The notes: generated by a model from the sequence alone, not told the origin. A stretch of 64,000 nucleotides of DNA from Minisyncoccia bacterium (GCA_049287185.1 JBAQFI010000012.1:54659-118658); one strand, 5' to 3'; positions 8,363 through 17,515 are shown, counted from the first letter of the stretch. A program made the numbers and translations.

Positions 8363-8399
8363 AACACCTCGAGAGACTCACTCTCGAGGTGTGTTTGTG
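8363..8399. terminator. hairpin terminator between convergent genes
   Basis: acacctcgagag-actcact-ctctcgaggtgt followed by gtttgtg. Confidence 0.55.
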
Positions 8400-8401
8400 A
8401 T

Positions 8402-8839
8402 CTAAACTATATTTAGATCAATGGTCCCTGTGTAGCGGAAACCTTTGGTTGTATCGATGGCTAAAGTGACACCTTTCATATCACTAAGATCCATAATTAG
8501 GCCCAGACCGATACCGTAATTTTCTGGATGATTTAGTTTATCACCCGCGAATTCGGATTTCCTCAGACACTCCTCAAAATCATAGCGGATGGTTCCTTCA
8601 TCAAAAACAACAAAGTCGAAAATGTTTGGTTCATCCTGTCTTTCAGTTAATTTCGCTTCACCATAACCATCAGCATGGTCGTAAATGTTTTTAATTATTT
8701 CCACTAAAAACATCGCTACGTAATTTGCATTATCACAATCTAAACTTCCCATTATTGTGTCTTTTACTTTGCGTAAGAATTCGGAGCGAATATCTTTTTT
8801 CCCCTCAAACTTGAGATGAAAACCTCTCACTTTTTTCAT
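8402..8839 (-). CDS. small GHKL/HATPase_c-like ATP-binding protein (anti-sigma-factor serine kinase-like)
   Basis: N-box-like EIIKNIYDHAD and G-box ENYGIGLGLIMDL; 145 aa. Confidence 0.45.
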   Translation of the reverse strand: MKKVRGFHLKFEGKKDIRSEFLRKVKDTIMGSLDCDNANYVAMFLVEIIKNIYDHADGYGEAKLTERQDEPNIFDFVVFDEGTIRYDFEECLRKSEFAGDKLNHPENYGIGLGLIMDLSDMKGVTLAIDTTKGFRYTGTIDLNIV

Positions 8840-8896
8840 TTTCTATTCTCCTTACTATAATGAACAAATTTTTACTCTTCTGTTATACTAAAACAG

Positions 8897-9250
8897 ATGA
8901 AAGCTAAAATCAAACCTAAATCTAGAAAGTATTATGTCTATGTGCTAGAGTGTGCAGACAAGACACTATACATTGGCTATACCACTGATTTGGGAAACCG
9001 AGTTTTAGCTCACAATAGTTTAAAAACTGGTGCTAAGTATACTAAAGCGAGAAGACCAGTGAAGTTGGTTTATTCAGAAAAGTTTAAGACCTTGAGTCAG
9101 GCACTGAAAAGAGAGTTCGCTCTAAAACAGATGACTAGGCTAGAAAAATTGGAGTTAATCAATAAAAATGCGCGAGAACAGTCCGCGTACAAAAATTCCT
9201 CGTCATTGCGAGCGAAAGCGAAGCAATCTAGACCTAAGTCTAAAATTTAA
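8897..9250 (+). CDS. GIY-YIG nuclease family protein (UPF0213-like)
   Basis: YYVYVLECADKTLYIGYTTDLGNRVLAHN gives the GIY-x10-YIG motif with conserved R and H; Lys-rich tail. Confidence 0.75.
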   Translation: MKAKIKPKSRKYYVYVLECADKTLYIGYTTDLGNRVLAHNSLKTGAKYTKARRPVKLVYSEKFKTLSQALKREFALKQMTRLEKLELINKNAREQSAYKNSSSLRAKAKQSRPKSKI

Positions 9251-9254
9251 TTAA

Positions 9255-9296
9255 ATCCTGGATTGCCACGGATGAAATACATCCTCGCAATGACGG
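9255..9296. repeat. solo palindromic repeat (variant family)
   Basis: cctggattgccacggatgaaatacatcctcgcaatgacgg is the reverse-oriented copy of the family seen at 37576-37614. Confidence 0.7.
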
Positions 9297-9317
9297 AGAA
9301 AATGATAAAAAAGAAAT

Positions 9318-9884
9318 ATGAAAATTACTACAGCAACATTTATGAAGGGAATAATAGGTGACGATGCTATTTTAGCCGATGGAAAACCACAGGTAGCTTT
9401 TATTGGCCGTTCCAATGCTGGTAAGTCTAGTCTCATCAATTCTCTCACTGGTATCAAGGATTTAGCTCGGACTAGTAATACGCCCGGCCGAACTCAGGAA
9501 CTGAATGTTTTTTTGATTAACAAAACAAAATATTTTATTGACCTACCTGGTTATGGTTTTGCTAAAACTGGTGGGGAAATCTGGCAAAATATAAACAAGC
9601 TAGTTTATTGGTATCTATTTGAGTCACAATATAATCCGCTAGTTGTTTTAATTGTTGATGCTGAGATTGGTCCAACCAAGGACGACCTAGGAATGTTAAA
9701 ACTTTTAGAATTGCGAGGGAAGGAAATTGTGATTGTTTTAAACAAAGTTGATAAAATTAAAAATTCTCACTATCAAAATCAGATCAAAAAACTCAGAGAT
9801 ATCTTTAATGGTCACAAAGTTATTCCTTTCTCCTCCAAGTCTAAAGTCGGAACTGGAGAATTATCAGAAGAATTAATGAAATAG
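9318..9884 (+). CDS. engB: ribosome biogenesis GTP-binding protein YsxC/EngB
   Basis: GRSNAGKSSLIN (G1), TPGRTQ (G2), DLPGYGFA (G3), NKVDK (G4). Confidence 0.85.
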   Translation: MKITTATFMKGIIGDDAILADGKPQVAFIGRSNAGKSSLINSLTGIKDLARTSNTPGRTQELNVFLINKTKYFIDLPGYGFAKTGGEIWQNINKLVYWYLFESQYNPLVVLIVDAEIGPTKDDLGMLKLLELRGKEIVIVLNKVDKIKNSHYQNQIKKLRDIFNGHKVIPFSSKSKVGTGELSEELMK

Positions 9885-9890
9885 CCTGCT

Positions 9891-9967
9891 AAAAGAAGAT
9901 TAATTGACTGGATCCCCGCCTCCGCGGGGACGACAATCAGAATCGTCGACTTTACCGGGTAAATATT
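9891..9967 (+). repeat. 75-nt repeat, copy 2 of 2
   Basis: aaaagaagattaaTtgactggatccccgcctCcgcgggGacgacaatcagaatCGtcgactttaccgggtaaataTt, directly followed by ATG at 9968. Confidence 0.85.
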
Positions 9968-10237
9968 ATGAAAAGAATTTGGTTTAGAAGAAAATTGTAT
10001 GGTTGGGGTTGGTACCCGGTTACCTGGGAAGGCTGGTTAGTTATTCTTGTATATATCGCGCTCATTTTGACGCTCGCTTTAACAAGGGAAGAATATATAC
10101 CTGGAAATCCTGATTCAGGAAGCAATTTCCTGGTATTCGCCCTGCCAATTATTGTGCTGACTATTCTTCTAATAACCATCTCTTATAAGAAAGGTGAGAA
10201 ACCACGTTGGCAGTGGGGGAAGAGAATTGAAGATTAA
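9968..10237 (+). CDS. small membrane protein, hypothetical
   Basis: 89 aa; Trp-rich N-terminus and two TM helices; starts at the end of the repeat. Confidence 0.45.
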   Translation: MKRIWFRRKLYGWGWYPVTWEGWLVILVYIALILTLALTREEYIPGNPDSGSNFLVFALPIIVLTILLITISYKKGEKPRWQWGKRIED

Positions 10238-10252
10238 AAATGTTGTCTACCA

Positions 10253-10292
10253 AAAGTCATTCGCCAAAAATGGCGAATGACTTTTATATTTG
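10253..10292 (+). terminator. rho-independent terminator (hairpin related to the repeat stem)
   Basis: aaagtcattcgcc-aaaaat-ggcgaatgacttt followed by tatatttgtgtttt; a similar TCATTCGCC hairpin recurs at 47208. Confidence 0.7.
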
Positions 10293-10327
10293 TGTTTTCT
10301 GTTTTAAAAATAGGCTATAATAGACAA

Positions 10328-11908
10328 ATGTCAGCTCAAACGAATCGAAACAACCTTATTTGTAGTGTTTCAGACCTAAACAAAAATTTTGTTAATTTTG
10401 TGGCGCTCAAAAACGTTAATTTGACCATACTAGAAGGTGAAAAGATTGGACTAGTTGGTGCTAATGGCTCTGGCAAGACGACCTTACTCAAAATATTAGC
10501 CAAACTGATGCCAGCAGACAGTGGGGTGATAAATATTCCAAAGAGCCTGAAAGTTGCTTATATTCCTCAGGAATTTCATGTTCATCATGATTCAACAGTT
10601 AAGGATTTTATATATTCACTTGGTACTGTAGCTGAAGGGGAACTTTTTACTTTGCTCGGACGATTAGAACTTAATCCCAACCTACTAGAGCGACAAATGT
10701 CTAACTTGTCTGGTGGTGAAAAAACTAAAATCGGACTATTACGAATTTTATTATCCGATTTTGATTTCTATCTGCTAGACGAACCAACCAATAATTTAGA
10801 TTTGAAAGCTCTGGCAATTTTAGAAAAATTTGTGAAAGATAGTGCAAAAACTTTTTTGATTATTTCTCATGACCGTGAATTTCTGGATCAAACTGTTGGG
10901 AAAATTGCCGAGATTAATGAGCACAATCACTCACTGAAAGTTTTTGCTGGAAACTTTACAGCCTATCGTGAACAACGAGAAGCCGATATTGAGCGTGAAT
11001 GGAGTAAATATAATGACAAGATGCAACAGGCTGGAAAAATGGAAATAGACATGGATAACAAGTTTTCCTGGATGAAGAAAATTGAAAAAGTTCGTTTCGG
11101 TATTCGTGATTTGCCGAAGAATGAAAAAGAAAAGGGTTGTGCCGCTTATCTTCGTGATAAGGAGGCTAAGGCTGGACGCCGACTTCGAGTAGCAAAAGAC
11201 CGCCTAGAGAAATTTGAAGAAGATACAGAGGATATTGAAAAGCCAAAAGAACTGCTGCCACTACATGTAAATTTTGAAATTGATAAAAGAAGTGGTGACA
11301 AAGTATTTGAAGTTAAAGATGTTACTAAAAAATTCAAAAATCACAGTTTAGGTCCAATAAACCTGGAAGTTACTTATGGCGACAGAATTTTAATCACTGG
11401 CAATAATGGCTCCGGCAAAACCACACTCCTAAAAATAATTCTTGGGCAAGTAAAGCCTGATGCCGGAGAAATAAAAACTGGTCAAAGTATTCAGCTGGGC
11501 TATTTACCACAGACTGAAGATTTTTTGCCAGAAAATACTTTACTTGAGGAATTTATGAAACATACAGAAATCGAGGAGGGAACAGGACGCAAGTTGCTCA
11601 ATCGTTTTCGTTTGACCGTTGATGATGTTCATAAGAAAATTTCACAACTAAGCTCTGGTGAAAGATCACGTTTAACTTTGGCGATTATTATGACGAGAAA
11701 AGCTAATTGTTTGATTTTGGATGAGCCATCAAACCATTTAGATTTGGAGGTTTTAAGCGAATTAGAAAAAGCTCTTAAGGACTATAAAGGCACTTTGATT
11801 GTAGTCAGTCACGACCGCTATTTTGTAAAACGAGTGGGGTTTGATATTATGTTGGAACTACAGGATGGTGAATTAACTCATTTTAGGCACAGACATTTGG
11901 TGGTTTAG
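10328..11908 (+). CDS. ABC-F family ATPase, second paralog
   Basis: GANGSGKTTLL, LSGGEKTKIGLL, YLLDEPTNNLD; second NBD GNNGSGKTTLL, LSSGERSRLTLA, LILDEPSNHLD. Start at MSAQTNR (10328). Confidence 0.8.
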   Translation: MSAQTNRNNLICSVSDLNKNFVNFVALKNVNLTILEGEKIGLVGANGSGKTTLLKILAKLMPADSGVINIPKSLKVAYIPQEFHVHHDSTVKDFIYSLGTVAEGELFTLLGRLELNPNLLERQMSNLSGGEKTKIGLLRILLSDFDFYLLDEPTNNLDLKALAILEKFVKDSAKTFLIISHDREFLDQTVGKIAEINEHNHSLKVFAGNFTAYREQREADIEREWSKYNDKMQQAGKMEIDMDNKFSWMKKIEKVRFGIRDLPKNEKEKGCAAYLRDKEAKAGRRLRVAKDRLEKFEEDTEDIEKPKELLPLHVNFEIDKRSGDKVFEVKDVTKKFKNHSLGPINLEVTYGDRILITGNNGSGKTTLLKIILGQVKPDAGEIKTGQSIQLGYLPQTEDFLPENTLLEEFMKHTEIEEGTGRKLLNRFRLTVDDVHKKISQLSSGERSRLTLAIIMTRKANCLILDEPSNHLDLEVLSELEKALKDYKGTLIVVSHDRYFVKRVGFDIMLELQDGELTHFRHRHLVV

Positions 11909-11931
11909 TTAATAATTATTTAAATGAACAT

Positions 11932-12630
11932 ATGAACTTATTGATTTATGGTGAGCGTGCATCTGAAGTGGGAGACTTGGCTAAAGCCAATGGGTTTAAT
12001 TTGGTAAAATTTAATCCAGAATTTGTTGCCAGTTGTGGAGGTGATGGTACCTTAATGAAAAGTGAATGTGATTTTCCTGGAGTGCCTAAAATAATTCTTC
12101 GTTCCAGTCGTGTCTGTAAAAAATGTCATCAAATGACAAATGAGGAGGTGTTACAAAAGGTTATAAAAGGAGAGTATATGATAGAAAATTATTTTAAGGT
12201 GGCGGCTAAAGTTGATAATAAAGAAATAATTGGTTTGAATGAAATTATTGTTCATAATAAAGATCCGCGTCAGGCTATACGCTACGAAATATTTATTAAT
12301 AATATTAGGGTTGGGGGTGAAATAATTGGTGATGGGGTAGTGATATCAACTCCTTTTGGTTCCACTGGCTACTATCGCTCGATTACTGATAGTTTCTTCG
12401 AAGTTGGAATAGGCGTGGCTTTTAATAATAGCACTGAACAGTCTGATCATATGGTTTTAAGTGAAAATTCTGAAGTTAAAATTAAAATAATGCGTGGGCC
12501 AGCTTTTGTTTATGCAGATAATCAGGATGAGTTTATAGAGGTTAAGACGGGAGAAGAACTTATTGTTAAAAAATCTAAACACATAGCTAAGATAGTTAAA
12601 ATAAAACAAGTGAGCGGTTTTTTAAATTAA
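11932..12630 (+). CDS. nadK: NAD+ kinase
   Basis: CGGDGTLM, NEIIV, GDGVVISTPFGSTGYYRS. Confidence 0.8.
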   Translation: MNLLIYGERASEVGDLAKANGFNLVKFNPEFVASCGGDGTLMKSECDFPGVPKIILRSSRVCKKCHQMTNEEVLQKVIKGEYMIENYFKVAAKVDNKEIIGLNEIIVHNKDPRQAIRYEIFINNIRVGGEIIGDGVVISTPFGSTGYYRSITDSFFEVGIGVAFNNSTEQSDHMVLSENSEVKIKIMRGPAFVYADNQDEFIEVKTGEELIVKKSKHIAKIVKIKQVSGFLN

Positions 12631-12662
12631 AAAAGCGCGGATTTTGTTCCGCGCTTTTCACA
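12631..12662. terminator. bidirectional rho-independent terminator
   Basis: aaaaagcgcgg-attttgtt-ccgcgctttt between convergent nadK and 12686..13417. Confidence 0.8.
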
Positions 12663-12685
12663 AATATTCTCCTTTCGTCTTTTTT

Positions 12686-13417
12686 TTACTGAGTGCAACC
12701 ATAAGTACAATTTCCTTTGCAGGGCATGCTTCGAATGGTACAGGCCCGCCAGTGATGTTCCACATGAGTAACTTTACAAAATTTTCTCAGACCGCATTCA
12801 TCGTAAGTATCGCAGATTGGATCAAGAAATTCCTCCCGGCGTTTTTTGAATTCTTCAGTTCCTCCATTTTTGCTGAAGTGATCCAGTAGCCAGTCGGGAT
12901 TTTCAAAAAGGGCGAAGTCATCACAGAGACGTTCACGACGCGTGCAGTCTCTGTTGACTGGACAGGTGAGAGCAATGATAGCTTCTTCCAAGTTGAACTT
13001 TTCACTGCACAAACCAAAGAGCGAACTCTGTTTCGTGCGTGATTGAATCGTTTGTCTCTTCAAAACCTCAATAGTTTCAGCAGGTGGACATCTGCCCATG
13101 CATTTCAAACGCGGAAGTGGACAGTCCTTCCAGTAGTGAACAACGCGATAAATCATACAGTTATTGGCCTGAGGGCAGGACTTGTAATAACTGCAAATTT
13201 TCTCAACGTAATCACCATGTTTCTTCATGAAGGCCTCGACACCACCATTTGACTTCAGATGATTCACCAAAAATTCTGGATGTTCAAACAACATCAAATC
13301 GTTACAGCGATGTTCCTCCCTCGTACCATTGCGGTTTAAGGGACAAGTAAGAGAAAAGGCAATAAAATCCCAATTCTCTCTACCAGCCTGTAACTTTTTT
13401 ACCATCTGAGTGATCAT
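12686..13417 (-). CDS. Cys/His-rich protein with an internal tandem duplication (putative metal-binding, unassigned family)
   Basis: Two ~95-aa repeats: TCPLNRNGTREEHRCNDLMLFEHPEFLVNHLKSNGGVEAFMKK... and TCPVNRDCTRRERLCDDFALFENPDWLLDHFSKNGGTEEFKK..., each with 8-10 Cys. Confidence 0.5.
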   Translation of the reverse strand: MITQMVKKLQAGRENWDFIAFSLTCPLNRNGTREEHRCNDLMLFEHPEFLVNHLKSNGGVEAFMKKHGDYVEKICSYYKSCPQANNCMIYRVVHYWKDCPLPRLKCMGRCPPAETIEVLKRQTIQSRTKQSSLFGLCSEKFNLEEAIIALTCPVNRDCTRRERLCDDFALFENPDWLLDHFSKNGGTEEFKKRREEFLDPICDTYDECGLRKFCKVTHVEHHWRACTIRSMPCKGNCTYGCTQ

Positions 13418-13650
13418 AACCCCTCCTTGACCAATCTGGTCCTTGTTAAAGAATTAATTTGTGATTTAAAAAAACATCTCCTTCCTAAAATAGGAACAGG
13501 AGAAATCTTCATTAATAATATTCCTTTTGTGGCGACTTAGTACTTTTCATATTGCAAAACTTGTGTTTTAGTAATATTAGTGTTATGATTAGAATATTAG
13601 TAAGTAATAGTAGTAGAGTCTAATTCGCTTTAAGCGTAAAAAATATAAAT

Positions 13651-14190
13651 ATGGGAAATTTTAGAGGCGGTGGTGACAGAGGAGGTTTCGGAGGAAAACC
13701 CCGATTCGGAGGTGGTAGAAGTTTTGGTGGAGGACGCCCAGATTTCCGTGGTGGAGACAGAGGAGGCGATAGAGAAAATATGATGCACTCTACTACTTGC
13801 TCAGAATGTAAAAAAATCTGTGAAGTACCTTTCCGTCCAACAAGTGGTAAGCCAGTTTATTGTAAAGATTGTTTTGGTCGTCGTGAACCAGCTAGAGAAG
13901 ATCGTGGTGGTTCTTACGCTCCAAGACGTGATTTCAATGATCGTCCACGTCCAAGTTTTGATCAACCTCGTAGATTTGAAAGTGCACCACATGGCGCACC
14001 AGTAAATGCTAACGCTGATATCAAGAAACAATTGGATGTTCTTACTTCCAAAATTGAAAAATTAGCAAGTATTGTTGAAGCCTTGGCCAAGAAAGAATTG
14101 CCAGCTACACCAGTTAAAGCTAAGGTAGAAGCTCCAGTAAAAGTTACTGAAGAGAAACCAAAGAAAGCTAAGAAAGCTGCGAAGAAATAG
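13651..14190 (+). CDS. RGG/RG-rich zinc-ribbon protein (zf-trcl-like CxxC...CxxC) with Lys/Ala-rich histone-H1-like tail
   Basis: N-terminal GNFRGGGDRGGFGGKPRFGGGRSFGGGRPDFRGGDRGGDR; CSECKKICEVPFRPTSGKPVYCKDCF; C-terminal EEKPKKAKKAAKK. Confidence 0.6.
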   Translation: MGNFRGGGDRGGFGGKPRFGGGRSFGGGRPDFRGGDRGGDRENMMHSTTCSECKKICEVPFRPTSGKPVYCKDCFGRREPAREDRGGSYAPRRDFNDRPRPSFDQPRRFESAPHGAPVNANADIKKQLDVLTSKIEKLASIVEALAKKELPATPVKAKVEAPVKVTEEKPKKAKKAAKK

Positions 14191-14194
14191 AGAT

Positions 14195-14262
14195 AACTCA
14201 AATCTGACCTAATTTTCTTGAGCGAAGCGATTAGAAAATGGAAATACCCTTGTGGTACAAAA
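14195..14262. repeat. ~50-nt RS-like repeat (inverted copy)
   Basis: gacctaattttcttgagcgaagcgattagaaaatggaaatacccttgtggt is the reverse complement of the caccacaagggtatttccattttctaatcgcttcgctcaagaaaattaggtc family (copies at 18567, 37633, 42425, 49715). Confidence 0.75.
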
Positions 14263-14290
14263 TTCAAAGCTCAAAAGTTAGAGAAATAAG

Positions 14291-14330
14291 AAGCCGCGCA
14301 AGGGAATACCTTGCGCGGCTTTTTTGTTTG
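14291..14330 (+). terminator. rho-independent terminator
   Basis: aagccgcgcaagg-gaatacc-ttgcgcggctttttt. Confidence 0.8.
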
Positions 14331-14465
14331 ACACAGTTCACAATTAGATATAGTTTAAGAACATCATACCGTTATGGTCTGATAGTCATTTGTACTGGTA
14401 GTACAGGTGATTAAGTGCCAAGTGCTTGCACCTAAAAGCACAGTTCTTTAAAAAAGGAGGGCGTT

Positions 14466-14858
14466 ATGTCCAGAGAAATGAAGATTAAAAACGGTCCATG
14501 TTTTAGACATTTGGCGTTTGAAACAAATGTTCTAAAGTCAAACGGATTAGATTCACTGTTCACAATGTCGGAAAAAAGACCAGCCGATATGACATCATGT
14601 TTTGGTTTTGATCAATTTATATTTCAAATCAAACTTTTTGGTATCAATAGAATAATTGGTTCCAAAGACGAGGAAGATGATTTTATTCTCCTTGGATTTG
14701 ATGGTAATTGGGCTGGACCCGGGATTAGAATGAAAAATTCCAAAACTTGGTATTATATTCTCCACTATAATACTAAAACGAGAAAAGGCTCATGTAGAGA
14801 ATACAATGAAGAAGAATTTTTTTCTTCAAATATTATCCAGGAAATGTTCGAAACATAA
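14466..14858 (+). CDS. hypothetical protein
   Basis: 130 aa with strong RBS aaaaaggaggg 6 nt upstream; structured ~100-nt leader (14350-14460). Confidence 0.4.
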   Translation: MSREMKIKNGPCFRHLAFETNVLKSNGLDSLFTMSEKRPADMTSCFGFDQFIFQIKLFGINRIIGSKDEEDDFILLGFDGNWAGPGIRMKNSKTWYYILHYNTKTRKGSCREYNEEEFFSSNIIQEMFET

Positions 14859-14932
14859 CCCACAATTTTATAACCACCAACTTGGATAGTTGGTGGTTTT
14901 TCTATTGCAACATGTTAATATAGATACCAATT

Positions 14933-15430
14933 ATGCAAATAAAATCAAAATTAACTAATCATTCGGGACAAGTCTTTGATTACGTATATTATGAGAATGA
15001 AAATCCAATGGAAAATTTAGAGGGAAAAATTTTGAAGGGTGTTCATGGTTTTTGTTTTTGTGGTGGAAAATTGGTGGTGGTATATTCGGATAAAAAAGGT
15101 TACTGGACCCCACCAGGCGGTGGAATAGAGTCTGGTGAAAGTTATGAAGAAGCCTTAATTCGGGAAATAAAAGAAGAGTCAAATATGAGGGTTATAAGTC
15201 ATCAACTTATTGGACACATTGATATTACAGAACCAAATAGAATAGTTAGACAAACTAGATCATTTTGTCTTGTTGAACCATATGGGGACTTTGTTACTGA
15301 TCCAGATGGAGATATTAATAAGATTGAACTTATTGATCCCAAGGATTATAAGAAATATTTTGATTGGGGTGAAATCGGGGATAGGCTTATGGAACAAGCA
15401 GTAGACATGTTTAATAAAAATAAGAACTGA
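14933..15430 (+). CDS. NUDIX hydrolase
   Basis: Nudix box GGGIESGESYEEALIREIKEESNM (GX5EX7REUXEEXGU). Confidence 0.8.
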   Translation: MQIKSKLTNHSGQVFDYVYYENENPMENLEGKILKGVHGFCFCGGKLVVVYSDKKGYWTPPGGGIESGESYEEALIREIKEESNMRVISHQLIGHIDITEPNRIVRQTRSFCLVEPYGDFVTDPDGDINKIELIDPKDYKKYFDWGEIGDRLMEQAVDMFNKNKN

Positions 15431-15491
15431 TGTGAAGGGGAACCCTCCACAAATGCCTTAAAATAAGGGTTTGTGGAGGGTTCCCCTTCAC
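15431..15491. repeat. perfect 23-bp inverted repeat with 16-nt spacer (spacer itself a 5-bp IR)
   Basis: tgtgaaggggaaccctccacaaa-tgccttaaaataaggg-tttgtggagggttccccttcaca directly after the NUDIX stop; GC-rich; no U-tract. Confidence 0.8.
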
Positions 15492-15505
15492 AGAGTAAAC
15501 TAGAT

Positions 15506-15535
15506 ATAAAGCTTGACAAAATTAGCATAGTATGC
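15506..15535 (+). promoter_or_regulatory. sigma70-like promoter
   Basis: TTGACA-17nt-TATCAT (cttgacaaaattagcatagtatgctatcat) upstream of RBS aaaaaggagg and ORF 15589. Confidence 0.55.
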
Positions 15536-15588
15536 TATCATTAACTTAGATAGTAATTAAACAATAAATATTAAAAAGGAGGCATTCA

Positions 15589-15798
15589 ATGCCAAAAGCC
15601 ACAAAAAAAGACAAATTCTTTTTTTACGCGAAAAACAAAACTGGTTATCTCAAGGATAAAATCCTTTTTGGAGAAAACAGTAAGTACACCGGAGGACCAC
15701 TGACTTTGCAGGATGTTATCGATTTCTTGAAGGAAAAAGGAATTGATCCTTCAAGAGTTGAACTCCCAAGAGGTTACAGTGCATTTGCCAAAAAATGA
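15589..15798 (+). CDS. small hypothetical protein (69 aa)
   Basis: Own promoter, strong RBS, own terminator. Confidence 0.5.
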   Translation: MPKATKKDKFFFYAKNKTGYLKDKILFGENSKYTGGPLTLQDVIDFLKEKGIDPSRVELPRGYSAFAKK

Positions 15799-15825
15799 AT
15801 TTGTACGTTAAACAATAACCGCCTC

Positions 15826-15862
15826 AATAAGAGAAACCAAATCTTATTGAGGCGGTTTTTCT
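15826..15862 (+). terminator. rho-independent terminator
   Basis: aaccgcctcaataaga-gaaaccaaa-tcttattgaggcggttttt. Confidence 0.8.
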
Positions 15863-15865
15863 ATT

Positions 15866-15895
15866 GGGAGCTTGACAAACTATAATCACTTATGC
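15866..15895 (+). promoter_or_regulatory. sigma70-like promoter for the DEAD-box helicase
   Basis: TTGACA-18nt-TATATT (cttgacaaactataatcacttatgctatatt); shares gcttgacaaa...tgctat with the promoter at 15506. Confidence 0.5.
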
Positions 15896-16006
15896 TATAT
15901 TAGTGAAGTAAATTATCTCACTGAGCAGCGTTAAAAGTCGCAATATCCTCCGTGCGGCTTTTTACTTAATCGACCACGACACAACTGTTGGTCAAAAATA
16001 AAATAT

Positions 16007-17446
16007 ATGTATCAAAAACATAACAACTTCTCTGGAAGCGGTTCTTCTCGCGGAAGTTTTTCAGGAAAACCAGCTGGTGCCAAGCACTCAAGCTACGTTC
16101 ATCCTAAGACTACACACGGAAAGTTTCCAGGTGCAGTAAAACCAAAACAAGCTGAACAAAACAAACCGTCTTTTCAGCGTCCCGCTAGTGCTTATAGCTC
16201 AGGCGGACACAGTGGTGGATATCGAAGTGGACCTCGTCGCTCTGGTGGTTTTAGTGGAGGTGGTTCTCGTCGCCCAGGTTTTAGTGGTGGCGGTCAAAAC
16301 CGTTTTCGTGGAAATTCTCGCCCTCGTTTTGAAGGTGAAAAAATGCACTACTCTCGTTTTATTAATAAAGCTGTTGTTACTGAACAAACAGAAGTGTTTG
16401 TCCCAGTTAACAAGTTTGCCGACTTTGCTATTGATGAAAAATTAAAAGCCAATATTATCGCTCACGGTTATGTAACACCGACTCCTATTCAGGATAAAAT
16501 TATTCCGCATATTTTAGGCGGAGCTGATGTGGTTGGTATTGCTAATACGGGAACTGGTAAGACAGCCGCTTTTCTTATTCCTTTGATGCAAAAGGTTATT
16601 CTAAATCCTCGTGAAAAAATCATGATTATTGTTCCAACCAGAGAGTTGGCGATTCAGATTGATCAAGAGTTTAGAAGCTTCCGCGGTTCAATGGAAATAT
16701 ATTCAGTTTGTTGTGTTGGTGGTGCACCTATCGGTCGCCAAATGTCGGAACTCCGATATCACAATAGCTTTGTTATTGGTACTCCAGGACGTCTGAAAGA
16801 TTTGATGCAACGTGGAATGATTAAAACTCCACAGTTTAGCACCATTGTTTTAGATGAAGCTGATCGTATGCTCGACATGGGTTTTATTCATGATATGAAA
16901 TTTATTATGGAGAAGATGCCAACCAATCGCCATACTTTATTCTTCTCTGCTACCATGGACAAACAAATCGAAGTTCTAATTAAAGATTTTCTACGAAATC
17001 CAGTCACAGTTTCTGTAAAGACGGGTAACACCGCACAGTCAGTTGAACAGGATATTGTAAAAGTTTTAGCTGGGACAAATAAGATTGATGTTCTACATGA
17101 TTTACTAGTCGACAAGGCTTTTTCTAAAGTTTTGATTTTCGGACGAACTAAACATGGTGTAGAAAAACTATCTAATGAATTAGAAAAACGTGGTTTCAAA
17201 TCCCAGTCAATTCACGGTGACAAAAATCATAATGGACGACAACGTGCTCTTGGATTGTTTAAAGACAATCTAGCCCAAGTTCTTGTTGCAACTGACGTTG
17301 CCGCTCGAGGTCTAGATATTCCGAATGTTAGTCACGTTATCAACTATGATTTACCTGCCACCTATGAAGATTATGTACACCGAATTGGTCGTACTGGTCG
17401 CGCTGGTAAGAAAGGCATGGCTCTAACTTTTGTCGATCACAGATAA
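16007..17446 (+). CDS. DEAD-box ATP-dependent RNA helicase with N-terminal Gly/Ser/Arg-rich low-complexity extension
   Basis: Q-motif GYVTPTPIQ, motif I ANTGTGKT, Ia PTRELA, II VLDEAD, III SAT, V ATDVAARGLDIP, VI HRIGRTGRAG; first ~110 aa are RGG/SGG-rich. Confidence 0.85.
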   Translation: MYQKHNNFSGSGSSRGSFSGKPAGAKHSSYVHPKTTHGKFPGAVKPKQAEQNKPSFQRPASAYSSGGHSGGYRSGPRRSGGFSGGGSRRPGFSGGGQNRFRGNSRPRFEGEKMHYSRFINKAVVTEQTEVFVPVNKFADFAIDEKLKANIIAHGYVTPTPIQDKIIPHILGGADVVGIANTGTGKTAAFLIPLMQKVILNPREKIMIIVPTRELAIQIDQEFRSFRGSMEIYSVCCVGGAPIGRQMSELRYHNSFVIGTPGRLKDLMQRGMIKTPQFSTIVLDEADRMLDMGFIHDMKFIMEKMPTNRHTLFFSATMDKQIEVLIKDFLRNPVTVSVKTGNTAQSVEQDIVKVLAGTNKIDVLHDLLVDKAFSKVLIFGRTKHGVEKLSNELEKRGFKSQSIHGDKNHNGRQRALGLFKDNLAQVLVATDVAARGLDIPNVSHVINYDLPATYEDYVHRIGRTGRAGKKGMALTFVDHR

Positions 17447-17486
17447 TTTAACTCTGTATAGGCTAAGCCTATACGGAAAAGAAAAA

Positions 17487-17515
17487 CACCTACCAAGATG
17501 GGTGTTTTTTTGTTG
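17487..17515 (+). terminator. rho-independent terminator
   Basis: aacaccta-ccaag-atgggtgttttttt. Confidence 0.65.
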
